This document shows positions 1 to 7,929 of a stretch of DNA of 40,040 nt, piece after piece. The stretch is from positions 1-40,040 of IMG/VR virus record IMGVR_UViG_3300003887_000051; one strand, given 5' to 3'. The DNA is from a virus (taxonomy: Duplodnaviria; Caudoviricetes). The position numbers and the translations under genes are program-made. Below the pieces are notes generated by a model, which worked only from the letters and a program-made list of their open reading frames with translations, ran no database searches and had not been told where the DNA came from. Position 1 is the stretch's first letter; every line of letters begins with the position of its first letter.

Positions 1-774
1 CTACCAGTTCCAGTAGATCAGCTCTTTCCTCCCCTTGCCTTTGCCCCCACCACCGATCGTGTAGTCGATGTCGACACTATCCATTTTGTAGCCCTTGAAG
101 ATGCGGCGCATCTCTGGATGGTCGTTGATGGTGAGGACGGCAGATCCCTTGATCGTGCGCATTGACTCGGCGAGCCGCTCGTACTCCTGGAGGCCAAACG
201 GGACACCGTATCCTTCGGTCTGCCAGTAAGGGGGATCGAGGAAGAATAAGGTATAATCCCGGTCCCATTTGTTGATGCAGGTCAGCCAGTCTAGGCTCTC
301 GATCCAGACTCGGGCCAGGCGAAGGTGTGCTTGGACCAGGTCATCCTCGATGCGGAGATAGTTGAATCTCGGCGGTGAGCTGGGCGAAGTGCCGAAGGTC
401 CGACTGCTAACTTTGCCTCCAAACGCCAGTTTCTGCAGGTAGAAGAATCGGGCCGCACGTTGGATGTCGGTCAAGATCTCTGGCGGGGTGTCTTTGGCCC
501 ACTCATAGAGCTGGCGGGAGGTGATCGCCCAGCGGAATTGCTTGATGAATTCCTCCAGATGATTTTTGACTACCCGGTATAGATTGACTACCTCGGCGTT
601 TATGTCATTCAGAACCTCCACCTCTGCCGGTGAGCGGAGGAATAGCAGGGAACCGCCACCGGCAAAGGCTTCGACGTAACAGGTGTGCTTGCAGTTTTCA
701 AAGATCGGGAGCAGCTTCTTGGCCAGTCGACGCTTGCCACCCGGCCAAGGGATAATCGGATAATGCTGTTTCAT
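1..774 (-). CDS. D12-class N6-adenine DNA methyltransferase (at the Mu mom position)
   Basis: PWPGGKRRL, EAFAGGG SAM-binding motif, LDPPY catalytic motif; ATG at 774 preceded by GGAGG. Confidence 0.93.
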   Translation of the reverse strand: MKQHYPIIPWPGGKRRLAKKLLPIFENCKHTCYVEAFAGGGSLLFLRSPAEVEVLNDINAEVVNLYRVVKNHLEEFIKQFRWAITSRQLYEWAKDTPPEILTDIQRAARFFYLQKLAFGGKVSSRTFGTSPSSPPRFNYLRIEDDLVQAHLRLARVWIESLDWLTCINKWDRDYTLFFLDPPYWQTEGYGVPFGLQEYERLAESMRTIKGSAVLTINDHPEMRRIFKGYKMDSVDIDYTIGGGGKGKGRKELIYWNW

Positions 775-821
775 GTGAGTGCCTCCATTGAAGTTTTGCT
801 GGTTCATGGTAGGCTTCCCCT

Positions 822-916
822 GCCGCGTACGTGGTGGGGTAGCCTTGGCTGGCTCACAGCTCTATCTGTGGGTCGGCGGCCGGGTCATGTTCCAGCATGG
901 CCCGGTCGCTGCCTCT
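822..916 (+). ncRNA. Candidate c4-like antisense structured RNA in the methylase leader
   Basis: Closing stem 836-843/908-915 enclosing hairpins 851-874 and 878-907; non-Watson-Crick pairs are G-U on + strand; possible promoter TTGAAG(788)-16-TGnTAGGCT(810-815). Confidence 0.55.
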
Positions 917-918
917 TA

Positions 919-1509
919 TTACAGTGCCTTTAACGCTATAATTCCTGCCTCTCTTTTGTCCTGGACATCCTGCTCGGAAATGGCCTGACTCAGGGCTATT
1001 TTTGCTCCTCTTCGCGCCTCTTCAATCTGGGCTCCTTTGACTGCCCACTGGTCGCGTTCGACCAGGATAGCGTCGCATGCCTGGCGGTAGGTGGTGCTGC
1101 CGCCGCGGGCGTTCTTTTCAGCCACTATATATATATGGGCAACCTGGTCAGGAGTGTCGGGGTAGCCGGCTGCTTTGTAGGCTTCAGCTTGCCGGGCTTT
1201 TTCAATGTAGGTGGCTTCCTGGCCAGCAACGGTGGTGATGTAGCGGCTGCGGGCGTCGCCGGCAGCACGGTCTATTGCCAGTTGGGCCTCGGTGATGAGT
1301 GTCTCGAGAGGGACATGGATCACTTCTGGAGGGTCAATCAGCCAGTATTGCTCTTGCTGATCATAGCGGTGCAGGCCAGGTACCTGCATGCTCAAGTGCC
1401 AGTCGCTGTCACTGATTTCGACCGCTCCCGGGGGGAGATCTGCATGGATGGTGGTATCGTACCGGCCGATGATCCGGCCCTCTTCGTTAATGGTGGCGAA
1501 GTAACGCAT
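919..1509 (-). CDS. Tail fibre assembly/chaperone-like protein
   Basis: Follows fibre gene; N-terminal 'YDTTIHADLPPGAVEISDSDW' is Tfa-like; helical C-terminus. Confidence 0.7.
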   Translation of the reverse strand: MRYFATINEEGRIIGRYDTTIHADLPPGAVEISDSDWHLSMQVPGLHRYDQQEQYWLIDPPEVIHVPLETLITEAQLAIDRAAGDARSRYITTVAGQEATYIEKARQAEAYKAAGYPDTPDQVAHIYIVAEKNARGGSTTYRQACDAILVERDQWAVKGAQIEEARRGAKIALSQAISEQDVQDKREAGIIALKAL

Positions 1510-1518
1510 AGGTTCTCC

Positions 1519-2208
1519 TTAGTAGCCGATGGCGATCCACCAGGCATAACCGGATGGGGAGGCAGTGTTAGGGTACTTGGTGACGCCCAGGCTGAAGCTG
1601 GTTTTCGATACGGTGCCAATATCGACGGCATCCGTATCAACACTGTTGGCAAGGTTTGCCGTGCCGACAACCGAGCAGCAGGCATTGGGAAACGCGAGGG
1701 GAAAGGTGACGGTGCCATTCTGGGAATATCCCCATTGCAGGATCAGGCCGGTCGGCAGTTTCTGGTAGCCATTAGTGCCAATGCTGGCGACGAAATCACC
1801 CTTGATCGTGAATCCGGACGATGACATGACCCGGTAGTCCGTGCCGTCGTAGGCCATCATGACCAGGGCATTGGCGGCGATGTCACCGGCAGTCAGGGCC
1901 GCACCATCGGGCCGCAGCAGGTTCTTGGCGGCCAGCCCGTTGATGGCAACCGTGACGGCGCCGGTATTGACTGCCAAGGCCTTAAAAAATAGCGGCAGAC
2001 CGGTGACATGAGCAGCGATGGCCGGGATAAAGGACACGGCGATCGCGTTGGCAGTGCCGGTGGCGGCAACATAGTCGATGGGGGCTGATCCATCCTGATC
2101 GGCGCCGTCATGACGGTGATTCTGGAAGCCATTCAAGTGGGCAGCGGTGACCCTCGTACCCTTTTGCCCCAGGGTTTTCATGCCATCGGAAAATACTGTT
2201 TTCCCCAT
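1519..2208 (-). CDS. Short tail fibre protein (gp53-like C-terminal domain)
   Basis: After gp48; C-terminal 'NGYQKLPTGLILQWG...VTFPLAFPNAC...WWIAIGY' typical of fibre tips. Confidence 0.85.
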   Translation of the reverse strand: MGKTVFSDGMKTLGQKGTRVTAAHLNGFQNHRHDGADQDGSAPIDYVAATGTANAIAVSFIPAIAAHVTGLPLFFKALAVNTGAVTVAINGLAAKNLLRPDGAALTAGDIAANALVMMAYDGTDYRVMSSSGFTIKGDFVASIGTNGYQKLPTGLILQWGYSQNGTVTFPLAFPNACCSVVGTANLANSVDTDAVDIGTVSKTSFSLGVTKYPNTASPSGYAWWIAIGY

Positions 2209-2219
2209 AATAAAGTCTC

Positions 2220-2729
2220 CTAGGTGTAAGCGCAGATCAGCCGGGAGTGAGCCGGCTTCAGATCCTGGAAAATGCCTTCCACGGCGGTCTGGTTATCCCA
2301 GTCCAGCAGCAACTCGCCACTACAGGAATCACCCGCATAAAACTCATAGACCGGGTACCCGGAGAAGGTGATCCGCCAGGCGTGTTTGCCTTCAGTGGCA
2401 TAAGGCTCGTCAATGGTGATGGTGTAGCCCATGGATGCCGCCAGGGCAGTGAAATAGGCGGCGGAAAGCCCGCCAACTTCGCGCAGCTTTTGCACGACGG
2501 CATCCCGGCGCTGTTGCAAGGTGGCGTCGCTGCCGAGGGACAGATTTACGACCCGCTCCCAGTCGCCGATGGTTTCATCGGCGCTGTTCGGGAACTGCTC
2601 CAGGAGCAGCTGCTCGGCACGAGCTACGGCAGCATCGAACTGGGCACCTTCCAGTGCCAGGTCGGCGGCGAAATCCCCGCCGATTTCCAGCGGAATCAAC
2701 TGCTGCAGGATATCCTTATGTACCGACAC
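2220..2729 (-). CDS. Baseplate protein, Mu gp48/YmfQ (DUF2313)-like
   Basis: 'DWERVVNL...TLQQRRDAVVQKL...GGLSAAYF...GYTITIDE...KPAHS' motifs; synteny. Confidence 0.88.
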   Translation of the reverse strand: MSVHKDILQQLIPLEIGGDFAADLALEGAQFDAAVARAEQLLLEQFPNSADETIGDWERVVNLSLGSDATLQQRRDAVVQKLREVGGLSAAYFTALAASMGYTITIDEPYATEGKHAWRITFSGYPVYEFYAGDSCSGELLLDWDNQTAVEGIFQDLKPAHSRLICAYT

Positions 2730-3492
2730 TGATCACCCCCGGGCGGAGCATGGCCCCAACCCCCGGAAACACGTCGCCGACAGGCGCAGAAACGGTGGCA
2801 TTCATGGCACCAAACTGCACGGCAATGGCCGTCAATTGCACCTTATAAAGGTTTTCTCCCGGCTCCATATTGTTCAGCAGCGCGGTGATTTCATTGGCGA
2901 TCAGCGCGGTATTGACGCCGGTACCGGCGACGGTCATGCTCACGTTAATGGCGGCGGGAGTCGGAGCCAATACCCGCAGCTGCGAATGGGTGACGGGCCG
3001 CACGGAGTCGATATAGGCCTTGACGGTGTTGATCAGCGTGCCGCTGGGGATCTCGCTGCCGGTGGTGGCTTTGTTGGCCAGGATAATGACGTCGACGGTG
3101 CCGTCCCCCTGGGCCAGCGGGAAGCAGTAGGCGGCTGCCACATCGTCAATGGACATGGCCCAGCGGACATAGTCGTATTTATTACCGCCTGCCGGCGGGT
3201 GGCGGATGACGTCCAGGAGCCGGGCCAACAGGGCCGAATCGGTTTCGCCAACGGTGCGGGTCACGCCCCGCAGCCAGGCATGGTGCTCCAGATTTTCGGT
3301 GGTGGCGCTGTCCGGAAAGATCTGCCGGGCGATGTGGTCCTGGTATTGGTATACCCCCCAGAGGGCACTGGCCAGGCAGGCGCTCTTGATGAAGACCATG
3401 CTGCCCTGGGCGGTATCCACGTCCGGGAACTGGTTGCGATAGTCAGTCAGGATGCCGTTTAACAATTCTTCAAAACCCTTTTGAAAGTTCAT
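2716..3492 (-). CDS. Baseplate J / Mu gp47-like wedge protein (short form)
   Basis: 'QIFPDSA...LEHHAWLRG', 'ETDSALLARLL...PPAGGNKYDYVRWA', 'GTVDV'; start overlaps gp46 stop (TGATG). Confidence 0.9.
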   Translation of the reverse strand: MNFQKGFEELLNGILTDYRNQFPDVDTAQGSMVFIKSACLASALWGVYQYQDHIARQIFPDSATTENLEHHAWLRGVTRTVGETDSALLARLLDVIRHPPAGGNKYDYVRWAMSIDDVAAAYCFPLAQGDGTVDVIILANKATTGSEIPSGTLINTVKAYIDSVRPVTHSQLRVLAPTPAAINVSMTVAGTGVNTALIANEITALLNNMEPGENLYKVQLTAIAVQFGAMNATVSAPVGDVFPGVGAMLRPGVISVGT

Positions 3493-5042
3493 CAAACCAC
3501 CTCGATATACTTGCTGAACTGCACGGTGCGGCCATCGGCCTGGATGACGGTGATGGACGCCAGGAGACGGGCGGAAACCATTGCGGAATCCCGGGACATG
3601 ACGACGTCAATACTGGTGGCGCGGCCGGAATCAAGCAGCCACTGGAGCGCTTCCAGCACATATTCCCGCACCAGGCGGGCGGTCTTGTCGGTGTTCTTCA
3701 GCCGGTCGATGGAACGCAGACCGAAGTCGGGATTGAACCACCAGGAGCCACGCTTGATGGCCAGGGAGAGGCGAATGTTATGCAGGAGGCTGCCATCGGT
3801 GCGATCGGTGATTACCGTGGATTTCACGGTCTCCCAGTGGCCGGCAGGAGCGGTTTCTGACCAGGGGATAGGGAACGGGTTGGCTTCGGAAACCAGCGTA
3901 TTGTTAAAGGTGAACAGCGTCTGGCGAGCGGCAGTCAGGCCGGTATAACGGGAGTAAGCGTCCGCGGCTTCTGCCGGATTAATCGCCTTGGGAGAAATGC
4001 GCAGGTCGGCAATCAGGCCGTTTATACTCCAAAGCCCAGAATCGACATTATCCCCGACATACATAATCGGCTGTAGGGCAAAAGGAGTGTCAGCCGTCGT
4101 TGACCCGACAACTTCACCGTTAACACAGAGCAACCGCCCGGCATCAGACCAGGCCAAATGGAGACAGTGCCATTCATCATCAGTTACCGTTCCGGCGGGA
4201 GCTGATACTGTACTACCGGCAGAGAACCCCAACGACCCGTTGGCGTTCATCTGTAGATATAACGACGTCAGGCCGCCAGACCAAGGGCCGATTATGTAAC
4301 GATCTAGCCCGCTATTATTGGCATTGACGCGCAACCGCGGCTTTATCCAAAGCTCGATCGTGCCTTCGTCGGCACTTAATCTCTCCGCCGTTGACAGGGA
4401 ACACGACTCTGCACCACGTTGGGTCGGGCTAAAACTGGTCGCGTAGGGCTTATGCTCAACCTGCGCATCCCACAGATCAATTGACCCACCACTGGGGATA
4501 TTAATGTCAACATATCTATAGGTGGCGTCATACGTAGCCCGCGATGATATCCATACCGTCCGGCCAGGCGCGATATATGTCGGTGTCACCGGGACGTCAC
4601 ACCAGTCAATCCAGCAGAGCGCCCCGGTGTTATTGTCTGCATTAATCGCGATGGCGTAGCTCTCACCATTAATCAATGTTCCACTGCGGCACAGCAGCCG
4701 AAATACGGAAATGCTGCCAGAGGGGTTTGCAAGCCGCCATCTACCGTTGCCCAAATTGGTTTTTGTGCCCAGCGCATAGATACACGAGGTGGCATCCAAG
4801 CTGACCGCTCCGGCCCCTGACAGCAGATTATCAGTGCCCTCTTCAATCATTAACGCTTTACCAGTCCTGCCTGCCTCAAACCGCGGGATGCCACTGGCCA
4901 CCTGGGTGCCGTCCTGTTTATAGGCCACCCCGGCGCGGGAGAAGGTCGCGGTGATCGGGTCAACCAGATAGATCTGCTGGCCGGCTTCGCCGAAGGTCAG
5001 CTCCGGGCCGTCCAGGGTGTCGATGAGATTGAAGTCGCGCAT
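3492..5042 (-). CDS. Mu gp46-like baseplate protein with large internal spike-fibre/LamG-like insertion
   Basis: C-terminal 'LSL...GSWWFNPDFG...EYVLEALQWLLDSGRATSIDV' is gp46-like; middle has 'TFSRAG...PRFE...LMIEEGTDNLL' and 'TIELWIKP...DEWHCLHLAW...VNGE...IADLRIS'. Confidence 0.8.
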   Translation of the reverse strand: MRDFNLIDTLDGPELTFGEAGQQIYLVDPITATFSRAGVAYKQDGTQVASGIPRFEAGRTGKALMIEEGTDNLLSGAGAVSLDATSCIYALGTKTNLGNGRWRLANPSGSISVFRLLCRSGTLINGESYAIAINADNNTGALCWIDWCDVPVTPTYIAPGRTVWISSRATYDATYRYVDINIPSGGSIDLWDAQVEHKPYATSFSPTQRGAESCSLSTAERLSADEGTIELWIKPRLRVNANNSGLDRYIIGPWSGGLTSLYLQMNANGSLGFSAGSTVSAPAGTVTDDEWHCLHLAWSDAGRLLCVNGEVVGSTTADTPFALQPIMYVGDNVDSGLWSINGLIADLRISPKAINPAEAADAYSRYTGLTAARQTLFTFNNTLVSEANPFPIPWSETAPAGHWETVKSTVITDRTDGSLLHNIRLSLAIKRGSWWFNPDFGLRSIDRLKNTDKTARLVREYVLEALQWLLDSGRATSIDVVMSRDSAMVSARLLASITVIQADGRTVQFSKYIEVV

Positions 5043-5045
5043 GGC

Positions 5046-5585
5046 TTACATCCCTGCCGGCGGGGCCTGGATGAGCTGGCCATCCCCCGGGTGGTTATGG
5101 GTGTGGGCATTAAATACGGTACGCATACCGAGCATGGTTTTGGCGCCGCCCTGGTCGGCCACGTTGCCGGTGGCGGTGATATTCCCGCCGCAGGTGATGT
5201 GGCCCGAGACCTCCAGGAGCGGGGTGGTCATGGTGACCTTGGTATTGGCCACCACTTCCACCGTGGGGGCCGTGGCCAGAACCTTGGTGAGGGCAAAGAC
5301 GTCGATCTGGCCGCCGGCTTTCAGGTGGATCTTCTGGCCCTGATTGTCGTAGAGGGCGCACTCGCCGTCCGCCAGGGAGATCCGGTAGCGGCGGTCATCG
5401 CTGGCAATGGCGAGGATATGGTTGCCTTCCTTAATGATGATGATCTCGGCGCCGGCAGGGGGGCGGCTGGTGTAGCCGTAGTGCTGGAAGTACTCCCGAT
5501 TGTCGATGTCCTCATCAACGCGGCCGGTAGCGGAGAACCGTTTAATCATCCCTTCAACGACGCTTTTAACGATGCCGCGAATCAT
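5046..5585 (-). CDS. Baseplate spike, Mu gp45/gpV-like
   Basis: 'FQHYGYTSRPPAGAE', 'DDRRYR...LADGECALYD', C-terminal HTHNH metal-binding tip. Confidence 0.92.
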   Translation of the reverse strand: MIRGIVKSVVEGMIKRFSATGRVDEDIDNREYFQHYGYTSRPPAGAEIIIIKEGNHILAIASDDRRYRISLADGECALYDNQGQKIHLKAGGQIDVFALTKVLATAPTVEVVANTKVTMTTPLLEVSGHITCGGNITATGNVADQGGAKTMLGMRTVFNAHTHNHPGDGQLIQAPPAGM

Positions 5586-6655
5586 GCTACCAGCCCTTTC
5601 AGCCCAAGCTTCAGCCGGGTATAGGTGCCCTGTTTGGTGCGCTCGAAGGTGCGGCCGGTGAGCAGGAAACTGTCTTCGATGCCCAGCACTTCGTCACGCA
5701 CCTGGCAGATTTCGTTGATGGCCCAGTTGATTCCGGCCTGGCTGTGTCCCGGTACCCGGTAGTGCAGCTGGAAGCCGTCGTGGCGTTGTTTGTCCAGCAG
5801 CAGGCGGGCATGCTGTCCCGGGCTTTGGGAGTCGTTGGTCATCTTGACGACGAGCGGCTTGTGAAAAGGGACGGTGCCGTCGGTCATCAACGCGGAGCTG
5901 TTGACCTTGCCGGGATCGGCACCATCGGCATCATGGCCCTGGCCCTGGCGGATTACCTTGATCGAGGAATAGCGCTTCGCAATGTCCTGGACGTGCTCAC
6001 CTTCCAATACATTGGTGCCCTTGCCGTCCCGCTGGCAGCAGAGGAAATAGGCCGCTGCGCCGCCGGTTTTGGGACGGCCGATAACGAAGCGGGCCTTGTG
6101 GCCGCCGTATTCGAGCCAGAACATGTAGCCGCGACTGGCTGCATAGGTGTGCAGGACTTCGAATATGGTCATGCCCGGCTCGGTCTGGGCGATCTTCTGC
6201 GAGGTGTCCAGGAAGCCGCTGGCGGGGCTGCTGACGGTCTGTTTCTTGCCCTTGCCTTTGCCGACAAAGTTCTCCTGGTAGTGGATCTGGGTGCGGCTGA
6301 TATACGGCACGTTAGCAATCAGCTCCTCGGCCAGCGCCTTGACCGTTTTCCCCTGGATGGACTTGAACTTCTCCACATAACTGTCCACCAGCAGGCCCAT
6401 CAGGTCCCGGCCTTCCACCCCCAGCTTGACGCCCTGCTTGTCGTAACCCTTGACGACCCGATCGATGATGCCGTCCAGCTCCAGGGCGCCGTTGATATAC
6501 AGCTCGCAGCGCTGGCCGGCGATGATGGCGATCTCCGGGTTGGCCAGCTCCAGGCTGAAGGCGTCGTCGGCGGTGTAGATGTCGGCCTCGACGGTGTAGG
6601 AGATGAAGTTGCGCACCACCTGGCCGGCAATGCGCAATTCGGCGCTATCGGCCAT
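5582..6655 (-). CDS. Baseplate hub, Mu gp44/gpP-like
   Basis: 'ADDAFSL', 'DGIIDRV...VEGRDLMGLLVDS', 'VPGHSQAGINWAIN'; synteny. Confidence 0.9.
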   Translation of the reverse strand: MADSAELRIAGQVVRNFISYTVEADIYTADDAFSLELANPEIAIIAGQRCELYINGALELDGIIDRVVKGYDKQGVKLGVEGRDLMGLLVDSYVEKFKSIQGKTVKALAEELIANVPYISRTQIHYQENFVGKGKGKKQTVSSPASGFLDTSQKIAQTEPGMTIFEVLHTYAASRGYMFWLEYGGHKARFVIGRPKTGGAAAYFLCCQRDGKGTNVLEGEHVQDIAKRYSSIKVIRQGQGHDADGADPGKVNSSALMTDGTVPFHKPLVVKMTNDSQSPGQHARLLLDKQRHDGFQLHYRVPGHSQAGINWAINEICQVRDEVLGIEDSFLLTGRTFERTKQGTYTRLKLGLKGLVA

Positions 6656-7928
6656 AGATGCTGATCTCCCCCTGGGTGAAGTTGGGCTGCGGGATCAGGT
6701 TGATGCTCTGGATGCGCGGGGCATAGGTATAGGGCAGGCCGTTGCCGAGGCAGACCAGGTGCAACGGCTGGGGGTTGTCGACGCGGATCCGGATGAGCTT
6801 CTCCCGCTCCAGCTTGATGGTGTTGACGTATTCCACCTGCTGGCGGGCCAGCTGTTTCAGGCTTTCCAGGCTGCGGTCGGCGTCGATGGCGGACTGGATC
6901 ATGGTGTTGAGCGTGGCCAACGCCAGCTCCAGCTGGTCGACGGTCATGACCGGATCGACGTAGGCCGGCGCGGAGTAGTTGCCCTGCAGATCGAAGCTGC
7001 GGAGCTGTTCGTTGCGGCGCAGCTGCTGGCGGCGCTGTTCGTCGGTTTTGAGCGCGCCGCCCAGGTAGACGGCAGCATGGGCGGCAGCGGCGCCGCGTAC
7101 CTGGGATGAGAACCCGAGCTGCTCTTCCAGTTCGTCAGCGGCATTGCGGATGCTGTCCGCGACCCGATCTGGCGCCGCCGCGATGGTGTCGAACATAATC
7201 ACGTACCGCTCGACGCAGCGGGATACGGCACCGATGACCCGGCCGGGCAGGTTGGTGCCGTAATTGATCGTGGCGGTGATGCCGTTGGCCGGGATGGCCA
7301 CGGTCGTCAGGACGGATTCGATGCCGGCAATGAAGGCATCGACCTTGGCCAGCCAGCGGCGCGAGGCCATGGTGACGCCGGAGATCTGGGCCAGCAAGGC
7401 CTGGGCGGGATCAATCTCCTGCGCCAGGATCGCCGCGGCATCGGTGCCGGTTTCAGCGGCAGTTTCGGCGGCAAAGCTGTCCATCAGCTGCTGCTGGGTT
7501 TCCGCATAGGCGCTTTCGGCGGCGCTCTCCGGATCAACCAGTTCGTACTCGACATCTTCCAGGACGCCCCGCAGGCTCTCGACAAAGGAGATGTCCACCT
7601 CGGCGGCCATGATGCGGTCGTCGTGGCGCACGGCCATGGATTCGACGCAGCCCTGCATGGGGCCATACTTGGGGTGGACCAGTTCAAATAGCTTTTTGCT
7701 CTGCAGGTGGTTGATGAAGTCGATATGGTCGGCGTAGGTGTAGTGCTCGACGCCGTCATCCCAGAAGTAGCAGCGGATGCGGACAACCCGGGCCTTCTGC
7801 CCCATGTCCTCCAGGATCGCCCCGTCGCGGTAGGGGATCTCGTAGCGGGCGATGGCCTTCTCGAACTGGTCGTCGAGGGTCTCGATCTCCAGGGAGTAGT
7901 TGTCGAGGGTCGCGTCGAAGAGGTCCAT
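6645..7928 (-). CDS. DNA circularisation protein, Mu gpN/gp43-like
   Basis: 'RYEIPYRDGAILEDMGQKAR', 'LVHPKYG', C-terminal 'PLHLV...INLIPQPNF'. Confidence 0.9.
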   Translation of the reverse strand: MDLFDATLDNYSLEIETLDDQFEKAIARYEIPYRDGAILEDMGQKARVVRIRCYFWDDGVEHYTYADHIDFINHLQSKKLFELVHPKYGPMQGCVESMAVRHDDRIMAAEVDISFVESLRGVLEDVEYELVDPESAAESAYAETQQQLMDSFAAETAAETGTDAAAILAQEIDPAQALLAQISGVTMASRRWLAKVDAFIAGIESVLTTVAIPANGITATINYGTNLPGRVIGAVSRCVERYVIMFDTIAAAPDRVADSIRNAADELEEQLGFSSQVRGAAAAHAAVYLGGALKTDEQRRQQLRRNEQLRSFDLQGNYSAPAYVDPVMTVDQLELALATLNTMIQSAIDADRSLESLKQLARQQVEYVNTIKLEREKLIRIRVDNPQPLHLVCLGNGLPYTYAPRIQSINLIPQPNFTQGEISIYGR

Positions 7929-7929
7929 G

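Noticed and set aside
919-2208. Invertible G segment or diversity-generating retroelement at the tail fibre
   Set aside because: No invertase, reverse transcriptase, flanking inverted repeats or template/variable repeat pair seen.
2716-3492. Short baseplate J as a pseudogene
   Set aside because: Frame is intact, N- and C-terminal motifs are present and it is coupled to both neighbours; more likely a natural short form.
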